DNA of 64,000 nucleotides from an uncultured virus (IMG/VR IMGVR_UViG_3300035208_000846) (IMGVR_UViG_3300035208_000846), one strand, 5' to 3'; positions 45,197-54,047 are shown, counted from the first letter of the stretch. The notes: generated by a model from the letters alone, not told the origin. Made by a program: numbers and translations.

Positions 45197-47101
45197 CTAT
45201 CTGATCCCGGAAACTTCCATGAACGCTCGGACGAACTCTGCCGCCACTTCGGGGACGATGGCATTCCCGTAGCCCCTTAGCCGCCCGACGCGATTGCGTC
45301 TTGCACCGCGCACCAGTTCTCGTATCCCGGCGAGGCTTGGTCCCAGCTTGCGGGGAACCCCATGAGCCAGCGGCGACTGCGGCAAGATCAGGCTTGCGCC
45401 ACCAGTTTCCAGCCAGATTTCGTCTGCCTCTTCGTCAGATAGGGATTGCCATATTTCCGCAAGCGTTGCTGATGCTTGGAGCAGAGGTCGCCTCGATAAG
45501 ATGGCGTGCTGCAAAACTTGCAGAGCTTCCGCTTCCTTCCCAAGTCCGTGTAGTTCGGCGAATGCGAGCGACGATGGCAGGAACCGCACAACGTTATTAA
45601 GTTGTCGGCGGCGTTGTTCATTGGGTCTTTGTCGATGTGGTGGACATGCAGCTTTGTGTCGTTCCTGCCGCATATCTGGCACCGCTCCAGAACAGCCTTG
45701 CGTGACTGCCTGTGGTAGCTTTTGGGGTTGTGCTTCTTGATCTTGCCTTCCATCGCTTGTGTCATGCACTCCCGATTGCAGTAGATCCTTTTGTCGAATG
45801 CCAGATTGGACTCTAGTATTCCTCTGAATCTCTTCCTCACTAACAACTTGCCGCAATAACGGCACGTTCTCTTGGGAACCTGTGTCCTGTCCTTGCCTCC
45901 CCAATAGAGTCCCATACATACCCTGTTGCAGAATTTCCTCTTCAAAAAGTCCTTTTTCGACTCTAGCGAATTCCCGTGGATGTTCCGTTTCAGAGGTTTC
46001 CCGCATTGTTTGCAAAGTCTCATTTACCTCTCCTTGTCGATTTCCGCCTGCACTGTTATCCATTCCAGAAAGCCGGGGCTGCAAATGTCCCATGTCACTG
46101 GGAACATCATCAGCCATCTTGAAAATGCCGGATTGAGGACTGGGGATGCGGCGGGTCTTTCCGTCTCGGCAGTGGACGAGGGCGTAATCGTCCCAGCCTG
46201 CTCCTGTAGCGGGCGTGAGTTTTTGCCGTGCTGGTTGCTCTTGGGCGAGCGGTGGTTGCCTGCGGTGGGTGTCGCCCATCCGGTCAACTGCGTCTGACTG
46301 TGCAGCGTGTCCGGCGTCCCCCGGTGCGCCCCCGTCGATTCGCTGTGCTCCCGGCGAGGCGTCGGCCAGCCGGTCAGACCGACCCGAACAGCTTGAGACA
46401 GACTGCTTGATTGCATTGGATTCTGTTGATTCCGAACTCCCCCATAGTTTTCCCCGTCTTTCATCATGGGCGTCGGCCAGCCGGTGAGTTGTGCCGCTAG
46501 GTTCAAGTCCATTGAGTGGCCGTTTGTTGTTTGTCCGGTTATCCAGTCCTGAATTGCATTCTCGCTGTATACGCGAGTGTCGCCCGTAGTTGCGGTTGGC
46601 CACCCAAAAGGTTCGTTGCCTGATATGCGGAGCGCCGACGCTCGCAGCGCACAAATCGGCCGCCCCGCAGGCGTAACCCGCGTCTTCCAGGTCAGCGAAT
46701 ACTCCATCGAGCCATTCAAGTCCATCCTTTGAGCTAACTTGTTCGCCAAGGCAGACTGGAGGGCGGCACTCTGCGATAAGTCGGTAGAAGGCGGGCCAGA
46801 GGTGCCGTTCGTCTTCGTGTCCTCGGCGCTTGCCTGCGCTCGAAAGCGGTTGGCAAGGGCAGGATCCGGTCCAAACAGGAGCATCTGAGGGCCATCCTGC
46901 CAGTTGGAGGGCGAGCGGCCAGCCTGCAATCCCGCAGAAGAAGTGGCACTGGACGAATCCGGCGACATCTGCTGGTTCAATTTCGGTGATTGATCGTCCA
47001 TCGACTTCCCCGTCTGGAATGCAGCCATCGCGTATCAACCCGCGAATCCATTCGCAGATGAAGGCGTCGTTGTCATTGTAGTAGTGCCACTTTTGGCTCA
47101 T
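45197..47101 (-). CDS. C5 cytosine DNA methyltransferase, alpha chain (motifs I-VIII and X)
   Basis: FFCGIAG, GSCPCQP, GEQV, GAPHIRQR, terminal RLRGYGNAIVP. Confidence 0.88.
   Translation of the reverse strand: MSQKWHYYNDNDAFICEWIRGLIRDGCIPDGEVDGRSITEIEPADVAGFVQCHFFCGIAGWPLALQLAGWPSDAPVWTGSCPCQPLSSAGKRRGHEDERHLWPAFYRLIAECRPPVCLGEQVSSKDGLEWLDGVFADLEDAGYACGAADLCAASVGAPHIRQRTFWVANRNYGRHSRIQRECNSGLDNRTNNKRPLNGLEPSGTTHRLADAHDERRGKLWGSSESTESNAIKQSVSSCSGRSDRLADASPGAQRIDGGAPGDAGHAAQSDAVDRMGDTHRRQPPLAQEQPARQKLTPATGAGWDDYALVHCRDGKTRRIPSPQSGIFKMADDVPSDMGHLQPRLSGMDNSAGGNRQGEVNETLQTMRETSETEHPREFARVEKGLFEEEILQQGMYGTLLGRQGQDTGSQENVPLLRQVVSEEEIQRNTRVQSGIRQKDLLQSGVHDTSDGRQDQEAQPQKLPQAVTQGCSGAVPDMRQERHKAACPPHRQRPNEQRRRQLNNVVRFLPSSLAFAELHGLGKEAEALQVLQHAILSRRPLLQASATLAEIWQSLSDEEADEIWLETGGASLILPQSPLAHGVPRKLGPSLAGIRELVRGARRNRVGRLRGYGNAIVPEVAAEFVRAFMEVSGIR
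45277..45387 (-). pseudogene. orphaned duplicate of the beta-chain 3' end
   Basis: Beta frame after the HNH stop reads RRWLMGFPASWDQASPGYENWCAVQDAI. Confidence 0.75.
45388..46023 (-). CDS. HNH endonuclease nested in an alternative frame of the methyltransferase
   Basis: Two CxxC...FC/YCNRxC zinc fingers, CQICG...LHVHHIDKDPMNNAADNLITLCGSCH; AGGAGAGG RBS. Confidence 0.85.
   Translation of the reverse strand: MRLCKQCGKPLKRNIHGNSLESKKDFLKRKFCNRVCMGLYWGGKDRTQVPKRTCRYCGKLLVRKRFRGILESNLAFDKRIYCNRECMTQAMEGKIKKHNPKSYHRQSRKAVLERCQICGRNDTKLHVHHIDKDPMNNAADNLITLCGSCHRRSHSPNYTDLGRKRKLCKFCSTPSYRGDLCSKHQQRLRKYGNPYLTKRQTKSGWKLVAQA
46024..47028 (-). CDS. methyltransferase beta chain in an overlapping frame (motif IX, GWPTP repeats)
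   Basis: Four GW(P/A)T(P/A) repeats and LNPAFSRWLMMFPVTW; start uncertain. Confidence 0.75.
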   Translation of the reverse strand: MAAFQTGKSMDDQSPKLNQQMSPDSSSATSSAGLQAGRSPSNWQDGPQMLLFGPDPALANRFRAQASAEDTKTNGTSGPPSTDLSQSAALQSALANKLAQRMDLNGSMEYSLTWKTRVTPAGRPICALRASALRISGNEPFGWPTATTGDTRVYSENAIQDWITGQTTNGHSMDLNLAAQLTGWPTPMMKDGENYGGVRNQQNPMQSSSLSQAVRVGLTGWPTPRREHSESTGAHRGTPDTLHSQTQLTGWATPTAGNHRSPKSNQHGKNSRPLQEQAGTITPSSTAETERPAASPVLNPAFSRWLMMFPVTWDICSPGFLEWITVQAEIDKER

Positions 47102-47300
47102 TTGGCCTTTTTTCTCCGCCTGGCCTCCTTGATGACAAGGCTCCAGAACTTGCACGATGCCTTGGGGTCTGCACCATCGTAGGTGGCAATCGCCAGTTTC
47201 ATGAACTCTTCATAGTTGTGGCACAATGAGATTGTGCCGAGGTGGTCGCGCCACGGGACGCCGCACGATGGGCAACGGGGGCGGTCATCAGAGGGTTTGG

Positions 47301-47651
47301 TCATCCCATCCCTTTCCATTTGTCTCGTGAGTCCCAAAGCTCTTCGCCGGCCTCGATCCGAGCGGCATAGACGGCAACCCGCGCCGCCGAACCGGGCCGC
47401 GTACACGTCGCCTTCTTTGGCTTCTTCGGCCGAAGCAAACCATCGTCGCCGAGATTCGCCGCAACGTGAACGTTCGCGGGCTGCCAAATCGCCAGCCGGA
47501 TCGCTTCTTCCGCCATGTCGTGCAGCGTCAGATTCTCGCCGATTCCGGCCTTCTCGCACGTCACCCGAAGTTCGCGGATGGCATCCTGCATCATCTTATT
47601 CCTGCCTGTCGAGTAATCAGGTTCCATCGTCTTGCCCTTTGAAAGTGTCAT
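47301..47651 (-). CDS. hypothetical protein
   Basis: PGSAARVAVYAARIEAGEELW motif. Confidence 0.55.
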   Translation of the reverse strand: MTLSKGKTMEPDYSTGRNKMMQDAIRELRVTCEKAGIGENLTLHDMAEEAIRLAIWQPANVHVAANLGDDGLLRPKKPKKATCTRPGSAARVAVYAARIEAGEELWDSRDKWKGMG

Positions 47652-47811
47652 CTGTCCCGGATCGTCAGGCTCAAATGCGCAGCGTCATACCAAGTGAAAC
47701 TCAAGTCGGGATCGGAGGCATACCGTCCAAGGATTCGCATCGTAGCGCACCGCTGTTCGTCTGTGTCGCAAAACAGGAAAACGTAGAGTTCGCCATCCTT
47801 CTTGCGAATCC

Positions 47812-48810
47812 CTACCACCCGGATGTCTGGTTCTGCCGATCTCGCCTGAGAATTTCGGATTCGATCCATCGGTAGGTTTTCTCCAATCCTTCACGCAACG
47901 GAGTTTTCGGTTCCCAGCCCAGAACGTCACGAATCATCGTGTTGTCGCTGTTCCGGCCGACAACCCCTAGCGGTGCGTCCAGCATGTATCTCCGCTTGAG
48001 TTTAATCCTGGCGATCTCCTCCACCATCGTCACGAGTTCATTGATCGAAACCGCCTCGGTCGTCCCGAGGTTGATCGGAGTGGCGATCAGTTCCGGAGAG
48101 TGCATGATCTTGTCGATGCCGGTAATGCAATCCTCGATCCACATGAAGCTCCGCGTTCGCGTTCCATCGCCCCAGATTTCGATCTCGTTCTGGCCGTTGA
48201 GCTTAGCGTCAATGACCTTCCGGCAGATCGCGGCCGGGGCCTTTTCGCGTCCTCCGTGCCACGTCTCATGCGGTCCCATGACGTTGTGGAACCTGGCGAT
48301 GTGCGTCTCCAGGCCGCACTCGTGCCAATATTCCTGGCAGAGCATTTCGGAGAACAGCTTTTCCCAGCCGTAGCCTCTTTCGGCCATCGCCGGATATGCG
48401 TCTTTCTCCTTCAGGCCAGCACACTCCGTTTCTTCCTGGAGCGTCGTCGGGTAGACACAAGCGGATGAAGAGAAGAAGTACCGCTGGACTCCGCCAAATA
48501 CCGACGAAGCCTCAAGCAAGTTCGTGTTGATTAACACTGAGCGGAGACATTCAACCCTATGTTTCTCGATGAAGCCCATCCCGCCCATGTCGGCGGCGAG
48601 ATTGTAGACTTCATCGAATCTTGCCCGCAGGATTCGTTCGCATTCATGGAAGTCGCGCAGATCAGCAACGACCTCGAAGTACGCCGAATGCTGATACCAA
48701 TGCTTCAGTTCTTTGATGTCAACGCCTACGACTTCATGACCGGCCTCAACGAAATGCCGCGTCAGCCAGCCGCCGATGAAGCCGCCGGCTCCAGTCACTA
48801 GGATTCTCAT
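47812..48810 (-). CDS. GDP-mannose 3,5-epimerase-like NAD-dependent epimerase
   Basis: GAGGFIG, NLAADMGGMGFI, SSACVY, YGWEK, GGREKAPAAICRK. Confidence 0.88.
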   Translation of the reverse strand: MRILVTGAGGFIGGWLTRHFVEAGHEVVGVDIKELKHWYQHSAYFEVVADLRDFHECERILRARFDEVYNLAADMGGMGFIEKHRVECLRSVLINTNLLEASSVFGGVQRYFFSSSACVYPTTLQEETECAGLKEKDAYPAMAERGYGWEKLFSEMLCQEYWHECGLETHIARFHNVMGPHETWHGGREKAPAAICRKVIDAKLNGQNEIEIWGDGTRTRSFMWIEDCITGIDKIMHSPELIATPINLGTTEAVSINELVTMVEEIARIKLKRRYMLDAPLGVVGRNSDNTMIRDVLGWEPKTPLREGLEKTYRWIESEILRRDRQNQTSGW

Positions 48811-49002
48811 CAGTAGGGTTTCTCCATTTCTTCTCCAGGCTCAAACACGGCCTTCAGGAACTTCTCGACCGCCTCTTGCATCTCTGCACGCTCCCGCTCG
48901 AAGTACAGCCCGCCCGGACATGCCCTCGTGAAGTCCCGGACCTTTTTGATCCGGTCGATTTCCAGAGCGGTGAGCTTCACGGTCTGCTTGCCATTTCGCA
49001 CG

Positions 49003-49773
49003 TCAATACGCATTCGCATTCTCCTTAACAAAGAACTTTCCCGAATCGGAATCGAAACCAAAACCCAACACGCTGATTCGTTCCCAGAGTCGCTTTTTAA
49101 GAAGTTCGGCGGTGTCGCCGACGTGTTTGATCTCGCCTTTGATCGCCTTCAAGACGGCATCGGCGTGTTCTGGCTTGGCTACCTGGCCGATGGAAATCGT
49201 CCACTGGCTGAGGATTTCCGCGTGGGCCGCCGCGTCATCCTCGCTCAGTGGCGGCGACTTCGGGGCCGGCGGCTTTGCAGGCTGACGCGGCTTCGCTTGT
49301 GCTTTCGGTTTGGGTGCTTCAGGTTCATCGGCCTCCGGATCGTCGGTCGTCGGCAGGGCGAACAGCAGAGCGTAGCCGTACTTTTTAGCGCCGGTGATCG
49401 CCTTGTAAACGCTCTTGTCCGCCACGTCCTGGCCTTCGCCGCTGGTGGTGACTTCTATCCACTCGCCGGATTCGTGCATCAGACGGACGTTTCCCGTGAC
49501 TCTAACGCCATAGGAAATCGTCTCGATGACTTTGCCGTTCTTGTCCGACTTCTGACTCTTCCGGTCTGGCAAAGACTCAACCGTTGACAGGGAGAACGAC
49601 ATCGCCAGCCGGTTGGCAATCAGTGCCGGCCAGACGGCATCGTGCCAGTCCTGTTCGTTGGCGTAGTCGTAGCGATGGAAATCGTTCCGGCCGCTCTTGT
49701 GTGCCGGCTTGATCTGCGCCCGAGCGGAAATCAACGCCTTCATCAGGTTTTCGGTTTTCTCACTCGTCAGCAT
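49003..49773 (-). CDS. ERF-family ssDNA annealing protein
   Basis: NDFHRYDYA, DKSVYKAITGAKKY, DDPE. Confidence 0.8.
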   Translation of the reverse strand: MLTSEKTENLMKALISARAQIKPAHKSGRNDFHRYDYANEQDWHDAVWPALIANRLAMSFSLSTVESLPDRKSQKSDKNGKVIETISYGVRVTGNVRLMHESGEWIEVTTSGEGQDVADKSVYKAITGAKKYGYALLFALPTTDDPEADEPEAPKPKAQAKPRQPAKPPAPKSPPLSEDDAAAHAEILSQWTISIGQVAKPEHADAVLKAIKGEIKHVGDTAELLKKRLWERISVLGFGFDSDSGKFFVKENANAY

Positions 49774-49775
49774 CT

Positions 49776-50117
49776 TCACTCCCTCACAATTCCGTAATCG
49801 CCAGATTGAAAATTACTCCCCTGCCTATGGATGAAATGGCCGTAGTCGGGCTTCCCCGGCAGGACCGGGCAGTGGACAACCACGTCCACTGTCTTTTCGG
49901 CAGGCACGCACGCCTCGTATGGTTTCCCAAACGGATCGGTGCCTTGAGCGATCGTTGGTTTCCTGCGGTATCGCTCCAGCGCCGCACGGGCCGCCGCTCC
50001 GTCTTCCCCGAGAACCACGCAGTCCTCGCGGAAATTTCCTTCAATGTCGATAACTGCCTTCCCCGGATGGTAAGAGTCCGGCGCTAGCAGCAGGGAATAG
50101 AGTTCGATGATCTTCAT
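49776..50117 (-). CDS. hypothetical protein
   Basis: 113 aa, coupled. Confidence 0.5.
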   Translation of the reverse strand: MKIIELYSLLLAPDSYHPGKAVIDIEGNFREDCVVLGEDGAAARAALERYRRKPTIAQGTDPFGKPYEACVPAEKTVDVVVHCPVLPGKPDYGHFIHRQGSNFQSGDYGIVRE

Positions 50118-50971
50118 AGCTCTCCCTCAAAAACGTCAGCCGCCTCGACGGCTTCTAAGAACCTGTCTCGCGTCAACCTGTTAATGCTCCGACTGAACCA
50201 CGCCCGCACATCCTTGCATCCCGGCGGCATGAGTACCTTGACCTTCCATGCTGTTTTGAGGCACGCCTGCCCCAGCCGGATGGCACCTTCCCTTCCTGGA
50301 TTCCACAAGGTGCCATCCGGCCGCGTCTTGTCCTGGTCGCGGTCGGCCACAATCACGACCAGTCTCCCTCTCCCCAATTCCGCGATGGGTTTTTCAAGTC
50401 CCAAGCATGAGGGGCGCCCGACACAGGCAACTCCGGCGCTGAGCATCGCGGCTGTGTCGGACGCACCCTCGACCACCACCAGCATTTTGCCAGCAAGTGC
50501 GCCTTTCTCCGTTGGCTGAAAAAGTCCATGATGGCTACCGATCTCCGACCACTTTTTCCCGGTAGTCGCTCGGTACTGGATTCCGACGCAACGGCCTTTC
50601 AGCCACATCGGGAATGCCAGATTCCCGTTGTAGTCGCAGCATTGCATCGACTTCAGGCAACCGCTCGAGACTCCGAGATTCCGGGCGTGCCGCTCCAGTT
50701 GGCCGATACTTGTCCTGGCTTTGAAGGCCGCAAGCAGTCTCTCGAAATCTGGAGGTGGCGGTCGCTTCTTCGGCTCTGGCAAAAACTCCTTGGCGAGCGG
50801 TTGATCGAGTCTGTGTATCCAAGCGCCGTTCTTCGCCTGCTGATCGGATTGAACACGCATGCAGAACGCGGTCTTGCCGTCACTAGATATTCCACACCAG
50901 TCGGGTCTTCCTAAACCGCAGACCGTACAAGGTTGCGACTTACGAACGCGCACAACTTTTGGTCTGCTCAT
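50114..50971 (-). CDS. DNA primase-like protein (zinc finger plus TOPRIM)
   Basis: CTVCG..DWC...FCMR; VVEGASD, VADRD, KDVR. Confidence 0.82.
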   Translation of the reverse strand: MSRPKVVRVRKSQPCTVCGLGRPDWCGISSDGKTAFCMRVQSDQQAKNGAWIHRLDQPLAKEFLPEPKKRPPPPDFERLLAAFKARTSIGQLERHARNLGVSSGCLKSMQCCDYNGNLAFPMWLKGRCVGIQYRATTGKKWSEIGSHHGLFQPTEKGALAGKMLVVVEGASDTAAMLSAGVACVGRPSCLGLEKPIAELGRGRLVVIVADRDQDKTRPDGTLWNPGREGAIRLGQACLKTAWKVKVLMPPGCKDVRAWFSRSINRLTRDRFLEAVEAADVFEGEL

Positions 50972-51058
50972 GGCGACTCCTTCCTGCTGGAACAGTCAAC
51001 GCTTCTTCAACAGTCCAGTTTCTGTGAAGTCGCTCCCGTATCGTGAGTCGGAGAACTT

Positions 51059-52861
51059 TCATACTCCATCCCTCAACAGTGCGTTCTGCCTCGGCGTGTA
51101 GCGTCCGGGGCCGCGTTTGATCCAATGATCGGCGGCAATCGCGTTGACGATTTTTGCCACCTGGCTCCGCGTGTAATCCGTCCCATACCCGAACCGTTCG
51201 AGCAAGGATATTTGCTTCGGACTGAGTTGATCGGCATCCTTGCGGCGCATGATTTCGTCGATCAGTTGCCGGGCGGCATCGAATGACAGGTCGCGTTCGT
51301 TGATCTTCGAGCGTTTGCCGCGAATGATCCCGGCGTTCTCCAAAACCTTGAGCATCTTCGGCGTCGGCCGCCGGTCGCGGTTCCAGACGGAGGCCGGTCG
51401 GGCTTCGATCTGCCACTGGTCGAAAATGTCGATTACCGGGCCGACCGTGTAGAGTGCCTTGGCCAAGACTTCGCGGCGGTATTTCGCCAGGTCCACGTTG
51501 GCGTGCATCTGGGCCTGAAGTTCTTCGCGGGCCTGTTTCAGGGCCTTTTTGACGGGCATTGCCTCGGCGTTGCTTAGTTCTTCGGCTAGTGCGATTTCTT
51601 CAGGAGTGTAGTCGGTCCCGAGAAAGTTCGTGGCGGTGACAAGTTTATGTGCGCCAGTGTTCCCGACAAAATCGAGCACCAGCATTTTCGGCTTACCGCT
51701 TGTCGCAATTGCGAATCGTCGTTCTTCAGGTGTCTCTAAACCCCTCAAAATGCCTGGCAAGGGCCGGAAGGCGCGCCCGAGCTGTTGAGCGTAAACAGCG
51801 CGGGACTTGGTGGGCCGACACATGGCAACGATTTCGATCCCGGGAACGTCAACGCCTTCAGTCAGGATGGCAACGTTGCAGAGGTACTGAATCTCGCCGG
51901 CCTTGAATCGGTCGAGGATTGCGCGACGGTCCTCTTTCGGCGTTTTCGCAGACAGTGCGGCGGCTGAATCCGGCTTCCGCTGGTTGATCGTCGCGGCGAG
52001 CAGTTCGGCATGGTCAACGCTGACGGTAAAGACGATTGTTCGCTGTTCGCCGGTCAAGTTGATGATTGGATCAACCATCCCGTAAACGTTTTCATTGGCC
52101 TGCAAAATCTTCTGCAAGTCCGTTTTGCTAAGGTCAAGGCCGACTGTTCTGACCGTGGAGTAATCGAGTCCTTCGACAACTACGCCCTGGCGGACGACTG
52201 GGACGAGCCAGCCGTCATTGATCGCGTCGGAAACCTCATAATTCATGGCGATGTCATCGCAGACATGAGAGAGGTTTTTCCGGTCGGCACGATCTGGAGT
52301 CGCCGAAGTCAGAAGGAACTTGATGTTCGGATTCGACTTGAAATACTTGATCGTCTTTTTGTACGTGCTCGCGGCGGCGTGGTGAAATTCGTCGATCCAG
52401 ACCAAGGTGAATGTGTCCGGGTCGAACTTCTCCAGTCTCCGGGAGATTGTCTGAATCGTCCCGACAACGATTCGGGGTCGGTCGTCCGGCGGGCCGTATT
52501 CATCTGATCGCAGATCGGCCATCTCGATCGACGGCATGATGCCGATGACTGCCAGGAGCGTGTCCCGCTGTTGGTAGACAAGTTCCTCGGTATGAATGAT
52601 GTTGAGGATTCGTCCACCTTTATCGAGAACATCGTTGCATATTTTCGCACCAGTCAGCGACTTGCCGCACCCGGTTGGGAGAATCACGGCGGCACCGTTG
52701 ACTTCCTCGGTGACGGCGTGCCAGTTCTCCCGAGCCTGCTCCTGATAATCCCGAACCTCGAAAGGCTCGGTCGGCAGGACTGGCTCGCGTTCAACCGTCG
52801 GTTCCCAGAGTGGTTCACGTTCATAGTGCGGGAGTTCGGGCGGTGGAAAGAGGCTGTTCAC
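51059..52861 (-). CDS. SF2 DEAD/DEAH-box helicase
   Basis: RDYQ, PTGCGKS, DEFHH, SATP, TEGVD, QQLGR. Confidence 0.92.
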   Translation of the reverse strand: MNSLFPPPELPHYEREPLWEPTVEREPVLPTEPFEVRDYQEQARENWHAVTEEVNGAAVILPTGCGKSLTGAKICNDVLDKGGRILNIIHTEELVYQQRDTLLAVIGIMPSIEMADLRSDEYGPPDDRPRIVVGTIQTISRRLEKFDPDTFTLVWIDEFHHAAASTYKKTIKYFKSNPNIKFLLTSATPDRADRKNLSHVCDDIAMNYEVSDAINDGWLVPVVRQGVVVEGLDYSTVRTVGLDLSKTDLQKILQANENVYGMVDPIINLTGEQRTIVFTVSVDHAELLAATINQRKPDSAAALSAKTPKEDRRAILDRFKAGEIQYLCNVAILTEGVDVPGIEIVAMCRPTKSRAVYAQQLGRAFRPLPGILRGLETPEERRFAIATSGKPKMLVLDFVGNTGAHKLVTATNFLGTDYTPEEIALAEELSNAEAMPVKKALKQAREELQAQMHANVDLAKYRREVLAKALYTVGPVIDIFDQWQIEARPASVWNRDRRPTPKMLKVLENAGIIRGKRSKINERDLSFDAARQLIDEIMRRKDADQLSPKQISLLERFGYGTDYTRSQVAKIVNAIAADHWIKRGPGRYTPRQNALLRDGV

Positions 52862-53877
52862 GCTACCTCCCATTTCGAGTCCGAAATCTGATATTGCTTC
52901 GCGTCCATCCATCCCCGGTGCTCGCACTGTTTACAGCCGTTCCCACCGCAGATTGGACAGACGCAGTACGGCATGACTTCGGTTATCCTGACTTTCACGT
53001 AGCCGACTTCCTTCTCGAAGTTGGGATAATTGAATCGTTTGGTGAGCGGCGATTTCGCCTCGATCAGCTTGATCCACTCGGCTTTCATCTCGTTCAGGAG
53101 GCGGCGGTGGCGGGCGATGATATCGGCGGCTCGCACGTCAGCGGCGGCGGATTCCGGCCAGGGATTTCCGAACCGATCCTCGCGGTACTTATCCTTCCTA
53201 CGGGGTTCCTCAAGCTCCCCGCTAGGCGTAGTCTCTTCGGCGTCTTCGTCTACCTCGTCAGGTGGGTTTTCTGGCGTTTTTGGATCGTGGCACACGGCGC
53301 ATTCGCCGTCATCGTCCTCCAACTCGCTGCCACAATGTGGGCAAGGTACGTGGGTTGGGGTATCGTTTTCACCCTCCGTCTGGGTTATATCACTGTCAAC
53401 GTTGACAGTGACCTCCCCCGTTGGTTGGGTTTTTGTTTTGGATTCAGCCTTGATGTTGGAAATGAATGTGTTGCTGACTCCCAAATGCTCGGCCAGTTTC
53501 CGATCTGTGAGGTTTTTCGACATCGGGTGAGCAATCGCGTCGCGCGTACACTTCCGCTTGTCGGCGATGGTGCGTCTCAGGCCGTGGGCCTTATTCGCGC
53601 CGTAACTAGCCCACTGTGCCTTCTCCAATGTGCTCCTAGTTACGTCGCATGGCACACGTTCATGTCCTAGTCGTTTGTACGCCTCAAGGCGATGAAACCC
53701 ATCGACGAGCCAATAAACTTTGCCGTCGTAATGAACTTCGAGCGGAGGAAGGATTTCTCCGTCCTGAATGTCCGTCATGTACTCCTTGACGACGGACTCA
53801 GTGATTGCGACTCTGCTCTGCGTTCCGCCGCTGGTGCTGATCTGGTCCACTCGAATCATTGCTGCTGTTGCGATCAT
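52858..53877 (-). CDS. ParB/Srx-like nuclease-domain protein
   Basis: TQSR, LVDGFHRLEA, ANKAHG, HTH, Cys clusters. Confidence 0.75.
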   Translation of the reverse strand: MIATAAMIRVDQISTSGGTQSRVAITESVVKEYMTDIQDGEILPPLEVHYDGKVYWLVDGFHRLEAYKRLGHERVPCDVTRSTLEKAQWASYGANKAHGLRRTIADKRKCTRDAIAHPMSKNLTDRKLAEHLGVSNTFISNIKAESKTKTQPTGEVTVNVDSDITQTEGENDTPTHVPCPHCGSELEDDDGECAVCHDPKTPENPPDEVDEDAEETTPSGELEEPRRKDKYREDRFGNPWPESAAADVRAADIIARHRRLLNEMKAEWIKLIEAKSPLTKRFNYPNFEKEVGYVKVRITEVMPYCVCPICGGNGCKQCEHRGWMDAKQYQISDSKWEVA

Positions 53878-54022
53878 CCATAAGCTCCTGTCTGACGATG
53901 CGGCATTCCGTGGGTGCGTCGATTCCGAGACGCACCGCATTGCCTTTGATTCCGACAACAGTAATCGTGATGTTGTCGCCGATGATGATGCTTTCGTACC
54001 TTCTTCTGCTGATTACCAGCAT
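53798..54022 (-). CDS. csrA: carbon storage regulator (RNA-binding translational regulator)
   Basis: MLVISRRRYESIIIGDNITITVVGIKGNAVRLGIDAP...RQEL. Confidence 0.92.
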   Translation of the reverse strand: MLVISRRRYESIIIGDNITITVVGIKGNAVRLGIDAPTECRIVRQELMDDRNSSNDSSGPDQHQRRNAEQSRNH

Positions 54023-54047
54023 GGGTCACTCCTTGGTTGGTTGCGGG

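Noticed and set aside
45388..46116. Intein or group I intron explaining the methyltransferase insert
   Set aside because: No Cys/Ser...HN ends in the alpha frame, and the insert is fully coding, leaving no room for a ribozyme core; not excluded experimentally.
50916..50944. Fifth copy of the 8-N13-8 motif
   Set aside because: Only the right half matches, the spacing is off by one, and it lies within the primase CDS.
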